50,477 bases of DNA, from IMG/VR virus record IMGVR_UViG_3300003635_000004, positions 1 to 50,477 of that record; one strand, written 5' to 3'. The number at the start of each line of letters is the position of its first letter. Positions within the stretch are counted from its first letter, which is position 1. A program made the position numbers and the translations under genes. The DNA is from a virus (Duplodnaviria; Caudoviricetes). The notes under the pieces are model-generated. The model searched no databases. It had not been told where the DNA came from and saw only the letters and a list, made by a program, of their open reading frames with translations. This document shows, piece by piece, positions 19,418 to 28,981 of the stretch.

Positions 19418-20743
19418 ATGTCGCTCACAGCCACCGGATACGACACACTGGACGAACAGGAGATCTACAATACGCTGGCGACGCTGTTTCGGGAGCGGGC
19501 CAAGACAGATGCGCCGATCCGGGACTACGCAGCCGTCTCGCAGGAACAGTCGACGCCGACGCTCCTCGAAGCGAGCCTCTTGGCCCAAGCCGCCACATTA
19601 GCGACAACCCAAGAGGAAGCGCTCGCTGAGGTCTCCGAATCCGGCTTCATCCAGACCGCGACTGGGGAGGCACTCACGCGGCTCGCCGAAGAACTCGGAC
19701 TATCCCGCCGTCCGCCAGTCGCCGCGACGGGCGTCGTCGAGTTCTCCCGTGATTCGGCGGCCAATCAAGACTACGTGATCCCCAGCGGGACGGTCGTCCA
19801 GACGGCGGGGACAGACCCAATTCGGTTCACGACTGTCACGACCGCGACGATCAGCTCCGGATCCACGTCGGCGCAGGCGACGATCAAGGCAACTGAGCCT
19901 GGGGACGAGGGGAACGTCGGTCCGGGGGCGATCACCGTGATGCCCAGCCCGCCAGCGGGCGTCCAGAACGTCACGAACCCTGATGCGACAGGCGACCCCT
20001 CGGTGACCGACACGCGGGGGGATCCGCTCGTGTCGGGGCGTGATCGCGAGTCCGACAGCAGTCTTCGGGAGCGAGCGCTTCAGCGTACTGACTTTGGGGA
20101 TACGGCTACAGCCGGCGCTGTGCGGACGTCACTCTCCAATATCGATGCGCTCGATTCCTATGCAGTCAACCATAACCCCGAGTCGACGGCCACGGCCGAC
20201 GGCCTTGATCCGTACCACACGGAGGTAATCGCCTACGGTGGCGCCGCGAAGGAGATCGTGCTCTCGCTGCGGGACGTGATGAGTGTTGGCGACTTCCTTC
20301 GACTGCAGTCCGTGCATGGCACGGCTGACTCCTACACGACGACCATCGACTTGCTCGAGGACTCCTACGACATCCCGATCAGCCGGCCGACAGTGAGCAA
20401 TGTCGATGTCGATGTGACGGTCTCGACGCAGTCGGAATGGGCTGGCACTGCCGCAGTGAAACGCGAAATCGTCGAGTACCTAGGTGGCACGGACGCTGAT
20501 GGCGAGTTCGTGCCTGGACTTGGCGTCGCGGCAGACGCCTACATCGGCGAACTCCGGAACCGAATCACGGATCTGGACGGTGTGGTGGCGCTGACGAATA
20601 TCGTGGTCGACGACAACGGCGATGGGACGACCAACACCACGGCCGATGCGAACGGTGTCGAGTACTACGATGTAGGCGCGGCCGAAGTCGTCGAGACGAA
20701 CGTCTCGGACGGCTCGGTGACGGTTACCCGCAACGCCATCTGA
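19418..20743 (+). CDS. Baseplate J-like protein
   Basis: TATGEALTRLA..RRPPVAATGVVEF..IPSGTVV..GRDRESDSSLRER motifs. Confidence 0.9.
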   Translation: MSLTATGYDTLDEQEIYNTLATLFRERAKTDAPIRDYAAVSQEQSTPTLLEASLLAQAATLATTQEEALAEVSESGFIQTATGEALTRLAEELGLSRRPPVAATGVVEFSRDSAANQDYVIPSGTVVQTAGTDPIRFTTVTTATISSGSTSAQATIKATEPGDEGNVGPGAITVMPSPPAGVQNVTNPDATGDPSVTDTRGDPLVSGRDRESDSSLRERALQRTDFGDTATAGAVRTSLSNIDALDSYAVNHNPESTATADGLDPYHTEVIAYGGAAKEIVLSLRDVMSVGDFLRLQSVHGTADSYTTTIDLLEDSYDIPISRPTVSNVDVDVTVSTQSEWAGTAAVKREIVEYLGGTDADGEFVPGLGVAADAYIGELRNRITDLDGVVALTNIVVDDNGDGTTNTTADANGVEYYDVGAAEVVETNVSDGSVTVTRNAI

Positions 20744-20756
20744 TAACTGATTCACC

Positions 20757-21173
20757 ATGCCCTACGGATTCAACGACAGCACAGAGGTCGCCGTCCTCGA
20801 GGATTTCTTCGACGGGCGGACGTTTGAGATGGGCCTCTACAACGACGGGACGGACAGTCTGACAGACAGTGACGGGGTGGGTGCGGTCAACACCGAGCCA
20901 GATGGTGCGGCGTACTCGCGACCGACCGTCGACGGCAGCGGTGACGTGACAGTGACCTCAAACAGCGGGACGGCAGTAGTCGATGTCGCCGCACAGCTGT
21001 TCGACGTCTCTGATGACGGCGAGAACGTCGACGCGTTCTTCCTGTATGACCCGTCTGATGGGTCATTTTTCCGCGGCGAGATTGACACGTCCTCGCTCGG
21101 GAACAACTACGTCGACCTCTCGCCGAACACGTCGGTCAAACTCGGCGGCGTGATCACGGGGTTCGAGGGGTGA
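20757..21173 (+). CDS. Tail-fibre-associated hypothetical protein
   Basis: MGLYND..TEPDGAAYSRPTV pattern seen in fibre-attachment proteins; position. Confidence 0.5.
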   Translation: MPYGFNDSTEVAVLEDFFDGRTFEMGLYNDGTDSLTDSDGVGAVNTEPDGAAYSRPTVDGSGDVTVTSNSGTAVVDVAAQLFDVSDDGENVDAFFLYDPSDGSFFRGEIDTSSLGNNYVDLSPNTSVKLGGVITGFEG

Positions 21174-21177
21174 ATAG

Positions 21178-21741
21178 ATGACCGATAAAGTTCTCGTGCA
21201 GGACGAAGCGGCGTTCAACGTCGCGGATCACGACACCAACTACGCCGCCTACTTCGGGGCGCTCGCCCATGCTGGCCGGCCAGTAGGATGTGTCGTCGAC
21301 GGGCTGGCGCTGACGAACTACGCGGCCTCGACGCCGGCGGTCGACGTGACCGCGGGGAAGGCCGTGGTGACTCGCTCGTCGGCTGTCGACGGCGGGGACA
21401 CGATTATCGAGGGACAAGCTGTCGTCGCCCAACTGGACGCACGGGGTGGTATCGTCCTGGCCGATGGCGCGGTCAACGAAATCTTCGTCGCCATCGACAC
21501 GGATGCGATGGACAGCCCTCGGATCACCGCCTCGACGAGTGGGGCCCCAAGTGACCCCTCGGTGAAGATCGGGGAAGTGGACACGGGTAGTGATACCGTC
21601 TCCTCGCAGTGGTATCTGCTCACCGACAGCGGGCAACTCTCCTTCCCTTCTGAATCGGCTGTGAGTGAAGCATCGGACACGCTCCGTGAGGGCACACAGA
21701 TGTTCTCCCGCGCAGACAACGCGTACTTCAAGGTGACATAA
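21178..21741 (+). CDS. Putative tail fibre component
   Basis: VVDGLAL..VDVTAGKAVV..SVKIGEVDT pattern; position. Confidence 0.5.
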   Translation: MTDKVLVQDEAAFNVADHDTNYAAYFGALAHAGRPVGCVVDGLALTNYAASTPAVDVTAGKAVVTRSSAVDGGDTIIEGQAVVAQLDARGGIVLADGAVNEIFVAIDTDAMDSPRITASTSGAPSDPSVKIGEVDTGSDTVSSQWYLLTDSGQLSFPSESAVSEASDTLREGTQMFSRADNAYFKVT

Positions 21742-21742
21742 C

Positions 21743-22999
21743 ATGGGATACGAATCACTCGGCGGTGGCGGCTTCGACTACGTGCAATCGACTGCCCCTG
21801 CTGATCCAGACGCAGGTGAGACGTGGTTCGACACGTCGGTAAATAATGGCGCAGGCAAAATCTACGCTGATTTAGGAAGTGGATCGCAATGGCATACTTT
21901 TCCGACACAAAAAGAACTCGCAGAGGGGCGGACGCGGGAGCTGCTGCTGCTCTTACAGGACAACCCCATCCCCGAGGTTCAGGACCCGATAAATTTCCAG
22001 AGCAGTCTATCGAATACAGTCACAACAGATGATAATGAAAACTATATTATTAGTTTGTCATCAACTACAGCTTTACTTAACAGCAGTGGCAGTGAGGGGT
22101 TTAGCATAACAGATGGTGGTGTAGTATTCAACCCAAATGCCGAACTAAAAAAATTAGAATTCACGGTGTCATCTGGTAGTCCAGAATCAGTTGATAATGT
22201 TAGAATCCTAAAAGTAAGCGACAGCACAGAAATTGAAAGCTTTGGTACAGTAGCGGCTGGCGAAAAGGCAACCTCTAATAAAACATTTTCAAGTGGTGTG
22301 GATTATGCACTGGTAGGAGACACACAAGACGATGGACAAGACTTTTCTTCAGATAGATTTCCTGCCACTTCTACTAACGTTGATATTGTTGGTGGATGGT
22401 CTGGTGGGACTAGTGGTGAAGGGTATCATTTTCAAAGCGTAACTGGTTACGCTGAAGCGAATAATGGATACGTAACTGATGAATACACAGCCCCGACGAC
22501 CGCCCCCGGCGACTTCAAGCAGTGGAACGCAATCCGTGCCGAAGACGTGACTGCGGGCGGATCGACCTCGCCCACTCCCGTCGAGTTTGACATTCTCGAC
22601 AGTAGTGACGCGGCTGTCAACTCGGCACGCATCCCGGCGTCGGAGATCGCGGACTCCCCGTTCAGTCTGCGGGATCGAGAGTGGTCGGCGTCTGCCTCGG
22701 CGGGACAGTCCGAGTTTGTCATCCCCGAGACAGGGGCGGGCGGCCACTACGGAATCCCCGTTTTGAGTGTGGCGACTGTCGAGCGGAATGGGAGCGTCCT
22801 CGACCCTGATACGTGGGAATTCGACAGCACAGATACCGTAACGCTCGACAACGGAGCGAGTGACGGAGATGCTATCACCGTCTCATATGACTTCGATGTA
22901 TTCAACTCGACGCTCCAACCGAGAGCGCACCTGTCCCGTGAGTCCGCGAGTGAGGCAAGCCCGAGTATCAGCCACTTCCGCTACGAATACGTGGTGTAA
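21743..22999 (+). CDS. Putative tail fibre/adhesin with AT-rich central module
   Basis: N-terminal QSTAPADPDAGETWFDTS motif; Ser/Thr-rich beta domains; abrupt GC drop about 21990-22490. Confidence 0.6.
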   Translation: MGYESLGGGGFDYVQSTAPADPDAGETWFDTSVNNGAGKIYADLGSGSQWHTFPTQKELAEGRTRELLLLLQDNPIPEVQDPINFQSSLSNTVTTDDNENYIISLSSTTALLNSSGSEGFSITDGGVVFNPNAELKKLEFTVSSGSPESVDNVRILKVSDSTEIESFGTVAAGEKATSNKTFSSGVDYALVGDTQDDGQDFSSDRFPATSTNVDIVGGWSGGTSGEGYHFQSVTGYAEANNGYVTDEYTAPTTAPGDFKQWNAIRAEDVTAGGSTSPTPVEFDILDSSDAAVNSARIPASEIADSPFSLRDREWSASASAGQSEFVIPETGAGGHYGIPVLSVATVERNGSVLDPDTWEFDSTDTVTLDNGASDGDAITVSYDFDVFNSTLQPRAHLSRESASEASPSISHFRYEYVV

Positions 23000-23002
23000 T
23001 CC

Positions 23003-23233
23003 ATGGATGACACTGCCCAGCGCCGACAGCGAGCCGAACAAGACCTCAAACAGCGCCGTCTGAAGAAACAACTGAGCGAGAAGGCCCGCACACACATCGA
23101 CGAGGCTCATCGGCTCGAAGAACAGGCTAACATCCAGAAGATGAGCACCGAGGATCAGATGCTCTATCACTACATGGTCGCCATTTCGACCGTGCTGGAG
23201 CAGGACTACGACATCTTCCTCGATAGGGAGTGA
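23003..23233 (+). CDS. Hypothetical helical protein
   Basis: In-operon 76 aa ORF. Confidence 0.55.
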   Translation: MDDTAQRRQRAEQDLKQRRLKKQLSEKARTHIDEAHRLEEQANIQKMSTEDQMLYHYMVAISTVLEQDYDIFLDRE

Positions 23234-23236
23234 GCA

Positions 23237-24328
23237 ATGCCAGGCATCGGCCAAGTGGGAGTCGGGACTGCCGCTATCGGCGGTATCACGGTTCTCACGG
23301 CGGCGACACACGGCGCATCGGCGTCGTCGACACCGGCGACGCTCACCGCCGAGTACGAGGCCTCGCCCGTCTCGCACGGCGCGACGGCCACGTCCGAGGC
23401 GATCCCGCCGGTCATCTTGGAGCCACGAAATCTCACCGTCTACTACGACGAGCAGGCCAGCGAGTTCCGGTCTGAGTGGTTCCCAAAGCGCGTCCCCGAC
23501 GACGGGGAGCGGTGTGTCTGCTTGACTGCAGCATTCCGGGCGAACAGCAGTCCAGACGCCTTCGAGGTTATCGTCGAGCGCGACGATACTGGCGATGGGC
23601 AACCTGACGGGCAGACGCGCCGCTTGGAGGTGGCTCCCCAGACAGGCATCACGTTGCTCACAGAGTCGAATACTGACTTCGAGTTCGCCGACGATGCGCG
23701 GTACCGCGTACGCTTTCCCTCGTACGCCCAACCCGACGTCGTTACACAGTTCCATCTTGCGCTCGCCATCGATTCCCGCCAGCGCCTCAAAGACGCATGG
23801 CCGCTCGCGGCAGTCGATACGGCGGATCCAGCGGTCACGGACCTGCTGAATGTTCTCGGCACCTCACTCACGCGAGAGACAGCGCGGATCGACGAAACCT
23901 ACGACGAGCACTTCGTCGGCACGGCGAGCGGCCAGCGACTCGAGGCCCACGCCGAAGAGGTGGGGCTCAACCGGCGCGGCGGGGAAACAGATCGGGAACT
24001 CCGGATTCGAGTCCAAGTCGCCAAGGTCGCCGCGACGACGTCGACGACGCTCGACGAATTCGCGCGGGCGCTGCAGGTCATCTTCGGGTCTGCAGCTCAG
24101 ACCGCAACGGTAGATGCGGTCGCCGGCGAGGCGGCGGTTGAGGTGACGATTCCGGAGGCCGCACTCGAGGCGACGCCGCTGGGTGCCGGCACAGTCGAGA
24201 ACCTTCTGCAGTCGACGACGAGCATCGGCGAGGGCGTCCGTGTCCGCGTCGAAGGCTCGTTCAGTTTCGGTGGCGAGGAAGGGACCGGCTTCGGCAGCGG
24301 CAGTCTCTCGCGACGCATCATCGACTGA
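23237..24328 (+). CDS. Baseplate wedge protein (P2 gpI-like C-terminal half) with extra N-terminal domain
   Basis: FVGTASGQRLEAHAEEVGLNRRGGETDRELRIR motif. Confidence 0.65.
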   Translation: MPGIGQVGVGTAAIGGITVLTAATHGASASSTPATLTAEYEASPVSHGATATSEAIPPVILEPRNLTVYYDEQASEFRSEWFPKRVPDDGERCVCLTAAFRANSSPDAFEVIVERDDTGDGQPDGQTRRLEVAPQTGITLLTESNTDFEFADDARYRVRFPSYAQPDVVTQFHLALAIDSRQRLKDAWPLAAVDTADPAVTDLLNVLGTSLTRETARIDETYDEHFVGTASGQRLEAHAEEVGLNRRGGETDRELRIRVQVAKVAATTSTTLDEFARALQVIFGSAAQTATVDAVAGEAAVEVTIPEAALEATPLGAGTVENLLQSTTSIGEGVRVRVEGSFSFGGEEGTGFGSGSLSRRIID

Positions 24329-24379
24329 CCGGCAGTAGCGACAACGACAGCCACAGCACCAGCATCAGGAAGCGTTTCT

Positions 24380-24769
24380 ATGCCAAGTCAACAGACCGAG
24401 CAAGAGGACATCGACTGGGGCGCACAGGGCGTTCAGCCACCGAACGGGCATCAGTTCACTGACGACGACGAGAGTAATCCTGGCGAAGAGGAGCCCGCCG
24501 CAGACACCTTCAACTGGCTCGTCTACGGTTTTATCCAGCTGAAGAACAACGTTGCTGCCGACATCAGCAACATCCTCGACGGGACGCTCAAAGTGGGCGA
24601 CGCAGAAAGTGCCGATGTCGCCGACTCGGCGAACGCCGTCGACGGCGGGGACGTGAACGGGGCCGTCGATGAGGCGGATATCAGCGACCAAACTCGTGGC
24701 TTCGACGTTCGAGCATCCGATCCGTCAGACCCCGCTGACGGACAGGTGTGGCTACGGAGCGATCTGTGA
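24380..24769 (+). CDS. Short tail fibre protein
   Basis: WGAQGVQPP..EEPAADTFNWL N-terminus; ADxA repeats; ASDPSDPADGQVWLRSD C-terminus. Confidence 0.6.
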   Translation: MPSQQTEQEDIDWGAQGVQPPNGHQFTDDDESNPGEEEPAADTFNWLVYGFIQLKNNVAADISNILDGTLKVGDAESADVADSANAVDGGDVNGAVDEADISDQTRGFDVRASDPSDPADGQVWLRSDL

Positions 24770-24789
24770 TCCCTGGAGCGTGAGAGTGC

Positions 24790-25725
24790 GTGGCCCAAAC
24801 CTATACTAGTCAGTGGTTCCGCATCTCGAACGGCGCGATCACGACCCACAACCCGCAGTCGCTTGTCCCGACGCCGGCTGATATCCGCATCCTGTCGGCT
24901 GACATCCAGTGGGAAGGCATCGAGACGAGTAAGACGACCACGTCGACGAACACCAACTCGAACTCTCAAGACTACACGTCGATCAGCTCGACGACAACGT
25001 GGTCAGTCAATTCTCCTTCGCAGCCCGCGGGGTCGTTCGAAAAGGCGGTCGCTGAACTCAACTATGCGGGACCCCTCCCCGAGACGGCAGTCGATTTGTC
25101 AATCGCGTTCGGTGGGGAGACGACGCAGACCACCGCCGATGCTGGCCAAGGCGCGTATCTCACGATCACCGATACGTCAGGGATTCCGTCGAAAGCCGAC
25201 TTCTCGTGGTCGCCCAACAGTTCGACGAGTAACACTGCCGAGGTCTATTCATCGGTCACGGTCTACACGAGCGAGACGACGACCACCTACTACGATACGA
25301 CTGATCCGAGAGCGACACGAGATGTCCTCGGGGAGTCGGGGGGGATTACGCTCACAGACGGCGAGCGGTCCTCCTGGTTCGCACTCGACAGCCTCGAGCC
25401 CGATCCTGAGGAGTTCTATCACGACATCGACGGCTCCGGCGAGGCACGCTTCCGGTTCCGATTCGACTGGGAAGAGAAGTTCCCGACGGCGCTGAAACAA
25501 CTCCGCGTCTACGACGCCGATACGGATGGGATTCGGACAGTCGCGCTCGCCGATCCTGCCGACTCGCAGCTGGACTACAACGCTATCCGGACGGCTGTTG
25601 GGGGGACGGTCTACGCGATCGACGTCGTCGACCCGAGTGATCCTGACGCGATCTCCTCCCACCGCATCCAGCATCCGACTCACGGGACGTTGTGCCCGAG
25701 AGCCTCCGGCACCGTGTCGGTGTAG
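24790..25725 (+). CDS. Putative distal fibre/adhesin
   Basis: Ser/Thr-rich, last gene of the tail operon. Confidence 0.55.
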   Translation: MAQTYTSQWFRISNGAITTHNPQSLVPTPADIRILSADIQWEGIETSKTTTSTNTNSNSQDYTSISSTTTWSVNSPSQPAGSFEKAVAELNYAGPLPETAVDLSIAFGGETTQTTADAGQGAYLTITDTSGIPSKADFSWSPNSSTSNTAEVYSSVTVYTSETTTTYYDTTDPRATRDVLGESGGITLTDGERSSWFALDSLEPDPEEFYHDIDGSGEARFRFRFDWEEKFPTALKQLRVYDADTDGIRTVALADPADSQLDYNAIRTAVGGTVYAIDVVDPSDPDAISSHRIQHPTHGTLCPRASGTVSV

Positions 25726-25730
25726 CACGA

Positions 25731-25740
25731 CTCCTTTTCA
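25731..25740 (+). terminator. Pyrimidine/T-tract terminator candidate of late operon
   Basis: CTCCTTTTCA just after the last tail gene. Confidence 0.35.
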
Positions 25741-25993
25741 GGCGAGATGCTCGCGGCCCCACGCCGGCGATTCTGGGTGTGGGCGATACACATCGATAGC
25801 GGGGTGGGTAGTGACGACGCTGGCGCCGAACGGGGATGGAGGGTTGGGGAGTGATCGAACAGACCGCATGCGGAGACCAGTGGGGTCAACTGCTCCGAAT
25901 GGACATGCCCATCAAGTGGGCAGGGGGCAGTATACCAGCCAGAGTTGTAAAAGTCCGTCAGACAGGCGTCAGCCTACAGTTGAAACGGTGGGG

Positions 25994-26251
25994 TTACTCG
26001 CCACCGCTACCCATCTCTTCAAACAGATCTTCGGCTTCCATGTCGAGCGTGGCCGCGAATTCTGCAAAGGACATCGGCGTACCGATGTCCTCATAGATGA
26101 CGCGGGCTAACCCACCGAGCTGTACTGCGATCAGGAACTCAGAAAGCTCTCCTTGTTCTCGGTGCTTCGTGACCACCTCGAGTAGATCGTCTTGGAGCTG
26201 CTCGGCAGCCTCGTTCGCTTCTTGGGACCCTAATTCGAATTCGTCGTCCAT
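25994..26251 (-). CDS. Hypothetical acidic protein
   Basis: MDDEFELGSQEANEAAEQLQDDLL...; lower GC than core genes. Confidence 0.6.
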   Translation of the reverse strand: MDDEFELGSQEANEAAEQLQDDLLEVVTKHREQGELSEFLIAVQLGGLARVIYEDIGTPMSFAEFAATLDMEAEDLFEEMGSGGE

Positions 26252-26361
26252 ACGCCTCGATGACAGCGCCACTCCTTTACGCTGTTCCCATACAGGGGTT
26301 TAGCGCTTAGTCAAAACGGCGCGGGCGACAACTCATCCAGCAGATCTACGGTCGCTACACG

Positions 26362-26613
26362 CTACTTTTCGAGCCCAAATCGATCGATGAGGCGGGTTTG
26401 AGTGCGCCGAGCGGCCTCGGTCAATTTGTCGTTCTCATATTGGGCTACAGATAGAGCATCGACGATGATGTCTGCCTGAGCCTTCGTGAGTTCAACACGC
26501 TCGGAATCCATCTCTACACCGAGAGTTTCCCCTTGCACCGTCCGCTCGATCGTATCTCCCATGTACATACGAACCATCTCTTCATCGGACAGATCAGAGA
26601 ATTCATCTGACAT
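26362..26613 (-). CDS. Hypothetical acidic protein with own promoter
   Basis: MSDEFSDLSDEEMV...; ATTTATCC TATA-like element about 25 nt upstream on minus strand. Confidence 0.6.
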   Translation of the reverse strand: MSDEFSDLSDEEMVRMYMGDTIERTVQGETLGVEMDSERVELTKAQADIIVDALSVAQYENDKLTEAARRTQTRLIDRFGLEK

Positions 26614-26677
26614 CGGACCCATCTACCACGCCTGGATAAATCAGATTTCGGGGGATCTTGATACGATCATTTTACCA

Positions 26678-28504
26678 TCATAACTGCTCCATCAGTTCTT
26701 CACGCTTCTCCAGCCGCCGCGACTGCTCCTTGACCTCGCGGATCCCGCCGATGTTGAAGTCGACGACCGGCTCATCCCCACTCTCGTCGAGCGTGATCAC
26801 GCGGCGCTCCGCCAACTGATTCGCCGCGCGGGAGATGTGACTCCGACTGCTGGCGTCAGGATACTCCTCAATCTCGCCGAAGGTCACCGCCTCACCGGCT
26901 TCCAGAATCGTCGCGGCGATAGCCTTCACGTACCGCTCGGAGACGTTGTTCGCATCCTTCGCGGCCGCGATCTGCTCGCGGACCGTCTCGTCGTCGACGA
27001 AGTCCTCGTAGTCTGTCGGCACGATCACACCGCTGGCTTCCTCGGCGGCCTCGCGCAGGCGCTCGTTCTCAGCCTCGAGCGAGTCGATCCGCTCGTGGGC
27101 ATCCTGTAGCCTGCCACGCAACTCCGTGACTTCCTCGCGAGCTTCGTCGTACCCTTCGACGAGTCCATCCGCGCCCCCGACATCGACATCGGCGTCCACG
27201 TCGAAGACGTCCACCAGCGCCCGCACGTGTTCAGCCGCCTCGTCAAACGCTTCGTCTCGCATCTCGGCCGCTTCGAGGCGGTCCTCGGCGGCGCTGAGTC
27301 GCTCCCGAAGCCGCTCGGCCTCGGCCTGTTGTTCGTCACGTTCCTCGCGGACAGCGTCGAGCTCTGCACGCGTCTCGTCCAATTCAGCTTCAACCTCCTG
27401 TTTGGCCTGCCGCACCTCCATCACCTCGGCCTGGATGGTCTGCTGGACCGTCTCGCCCTCGTCAGCACTGTCGGCTTTCGAGAGCATCGCCTCGGCCATC
27501 CGGTCAAACGTCGACTGGACAGCCTCCTGGTTGTCGAGTTCCCGCTCCAGCTCGGCGATGCGATCCTCTTTTTCTTCGATCTCTGCGCGCAAGCGCTCGA
27601 TTTCGGACTGGCGCTGCTGGCGCTCCGCCGAGATCTCTTCGAGTTGGTCCTGCAGGTCCTCACCAATCGACTTCAGTTCGGGTGTGTCCGCCTCGTCCAG
27701 TCCCGGTCGCGCGCCGGCGTCGTGGGTTCGTTTTCGCCGAAACTGCACGCACTCCGTTCGGTCGCGCCAGTCGGCCTGCAGGAAGGCCTGGCCATCCGCG
27801 AGGTCCTTCACGTTGACGCTGTCGACGGTATCCGTATCAAGGACGCGCCGGACGACTTTCGTGTCGTTCTCCCAGGTGAGGCGATGCCAGGCGATCCACT
27901 CACACTGCGTGATGAAGTCCTTCTTCACGTTCGCCGGGCGCTGGCTGATGCCCATGATGCCGAGCCCGCGCTTCCGGCCGCGCTTCGCGACGCGAATCAG
28001 CATCTTCCCCGTGTCGTCCAGCCCGCCACCCTCGGGGATGTACTCGTGACACTCCTCGACGACGAGGAGGAAGGGGCGTTCGAGGCGCTTCTCGCGCTTG
28101 AAGAGTTCGCGTGCCGTCTCGCGCACGAGGTCGTCCGCGGTGTCCTCGTCGAGATACTCGGAGACGTCGAGGATGATCGGCACGCGCTCCTCTAGGGCGA
28201 GGTCAGCAAGTTTCGAGGCGTGTTCCGGCCCCACCTGCAGGTCGACGTCGTCGCCGGCGCCGACGTGCAGAATCTCGTAGCGTTCCTTCAGGCCCCAGTA
28301 CTCCCCGTCTGTGTCGACGATGAGCGTCGGGTGGCCGTCCTCGAGGAGCTCTTCGATCACGACGCTCGCCGTGTTCGACTTCCCCGAGCCGGACTTGCCG
28401 GTGATGAACGCCCGCCCGGTGAGGACCTCCACGGTCGGGAGGCGGATCGGGTCGCCGTCGAGGCTCTCCGCGACCGTGATGTGTTCGGGTTCGGTGTTGC
28501 TCAT
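26678..28504 (-). CDS. HerA/DUF87-like ATPase with long coiled coil and C-terminal wHTH
   Basis: Walker A GKSGSGKS, IVDTDGEY, Walker B VVEECH, KRGRKRGLG, SQRPA; heptad-rich middle; SRSHISRAANQL HTH. Confidence 0.85.
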   Translation of the reverse strand: MSNTEPEHITVAESLDGDPIRLPTVEVLTGRAFITGKSGSGKSNTASVVIEELLEDGHPTLIVDTDGEYWGLKERYEILHVGAGDDVDLQVGPEHASKLADLALEERVPIILDVSEYLDEDTADDLVRETARELFKREKRLERPFLLVVEECHEYIPEGGGLDDTGKMLIRVAKRGRKRGLGIMGISQRPANVKKDFITQCEWIAWHRLTWENDTKVVRRVLDTDTVDSVNVKDLADGQAFLQADWRDRTECVQFRRKRTHDAGARPGLDEADTPELKSIGEDLQDQLEEISAERQQRQSEIERLRAEIEEKEDRIAELERELDNQEAVQSTFDRMAEAMLSKADSADEGETVQQTIQAEVMEVRQAKQEVEAELDETRAELDAVREERDEQQAEAERLRERLSAAEDRLEAAEMRDEAFDEAAEHVRALVDVFDVDADVDVGGADGLVEGYDEAREEVTELRGRLQDAHERIDSLEAENERLREAAEEASGVIVPTDYEDFVDDETVREQIAAAKDANNVSERYVKAIAATILEAGEAVTFGEIEEYPDASSRSHISRAANQLAERRVITLDESGDEPVVDFNIGGIREVKEQSRRLEKREELMEQL

Positions 28505-28743
28505 GTTTTCATCTCCGTGTCAAGCCACTCCCACTGGATTGCCTTCGCTTCGACCTCGTCGATAAAGTCCTCTTTCCAGCGCGTTCCGCCAGAACAGATG
28601 GGGTCGCCTGCAGGGCGGGTGGCGACGCCGATGATCGTCCACGGTGAGTGGCGCTTGATCTTCCGCATCTCGCCATAGATCGGCGTCCCGCAGTCGCTCT
28701 GAGACCGGTAGAGAAAGACACCGATCAGGTTGTTCTCACTCAC
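28501..28743 (-). CDS. Hypothetical protein
   Basis: GTG start coupled to upstream gene, stop overlaps HerA ATG. Confidence 0.5.
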   Translation of the reverse strand: MSENNLIGVFLYRSQSDCGTPIYGEMRKIKRHSPWTIIGVATRPAGDPICSGGTRWKEDFIDEVEAKAIQWEWLDTEMKT

Positions 28744-28981
28744 GCTCTCCCTCCCACGGCTCCCCTTCAACGACGAAGGTCATTCGGACCTCGTGTTCGC
28801 CGTCGGAGTTCACCGATGTCCCGTGCTGCTGGAGTTCCATTCTGTCGTCGGCATCGACACGCGTCAGCAGTGGCGCCAGTTTCGAGCGACAGTAGTCCAT
28901 CTCCGCGGCCCACCACTCTGTGTGCTCGACATGCTCCCTCCCCAACGCGTCGGCTATCTTCTCGCGATCTTCGTCGTTCAT
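28736..28981 (-). CDS. Hypothetical protein
   Basis: Acidic, overlapping start/stop chain. Confidence 0.6.
   Translation of the reverse strand: MNDEDREKIADALGREHVEHTEWWAAEMDYCRSKLAPLLTRVDADDRMELQQHGTSVNSDGEHEVRMTFVVEGEPWEGERE

Noticed and set aside
21743-25725. Diversity-generating retroelement or invertible fibre locus
   Set aside because: No reverse transcriptase, no template/variable repeat pair, no adjacent recombinase or inverted gene copy
25880-25890. GTGGGGTCAAC as a fifth member of the GTGGGGTAAC repeat family
   Set aside because: Needs an insertion and has no partner arm 23 nt away
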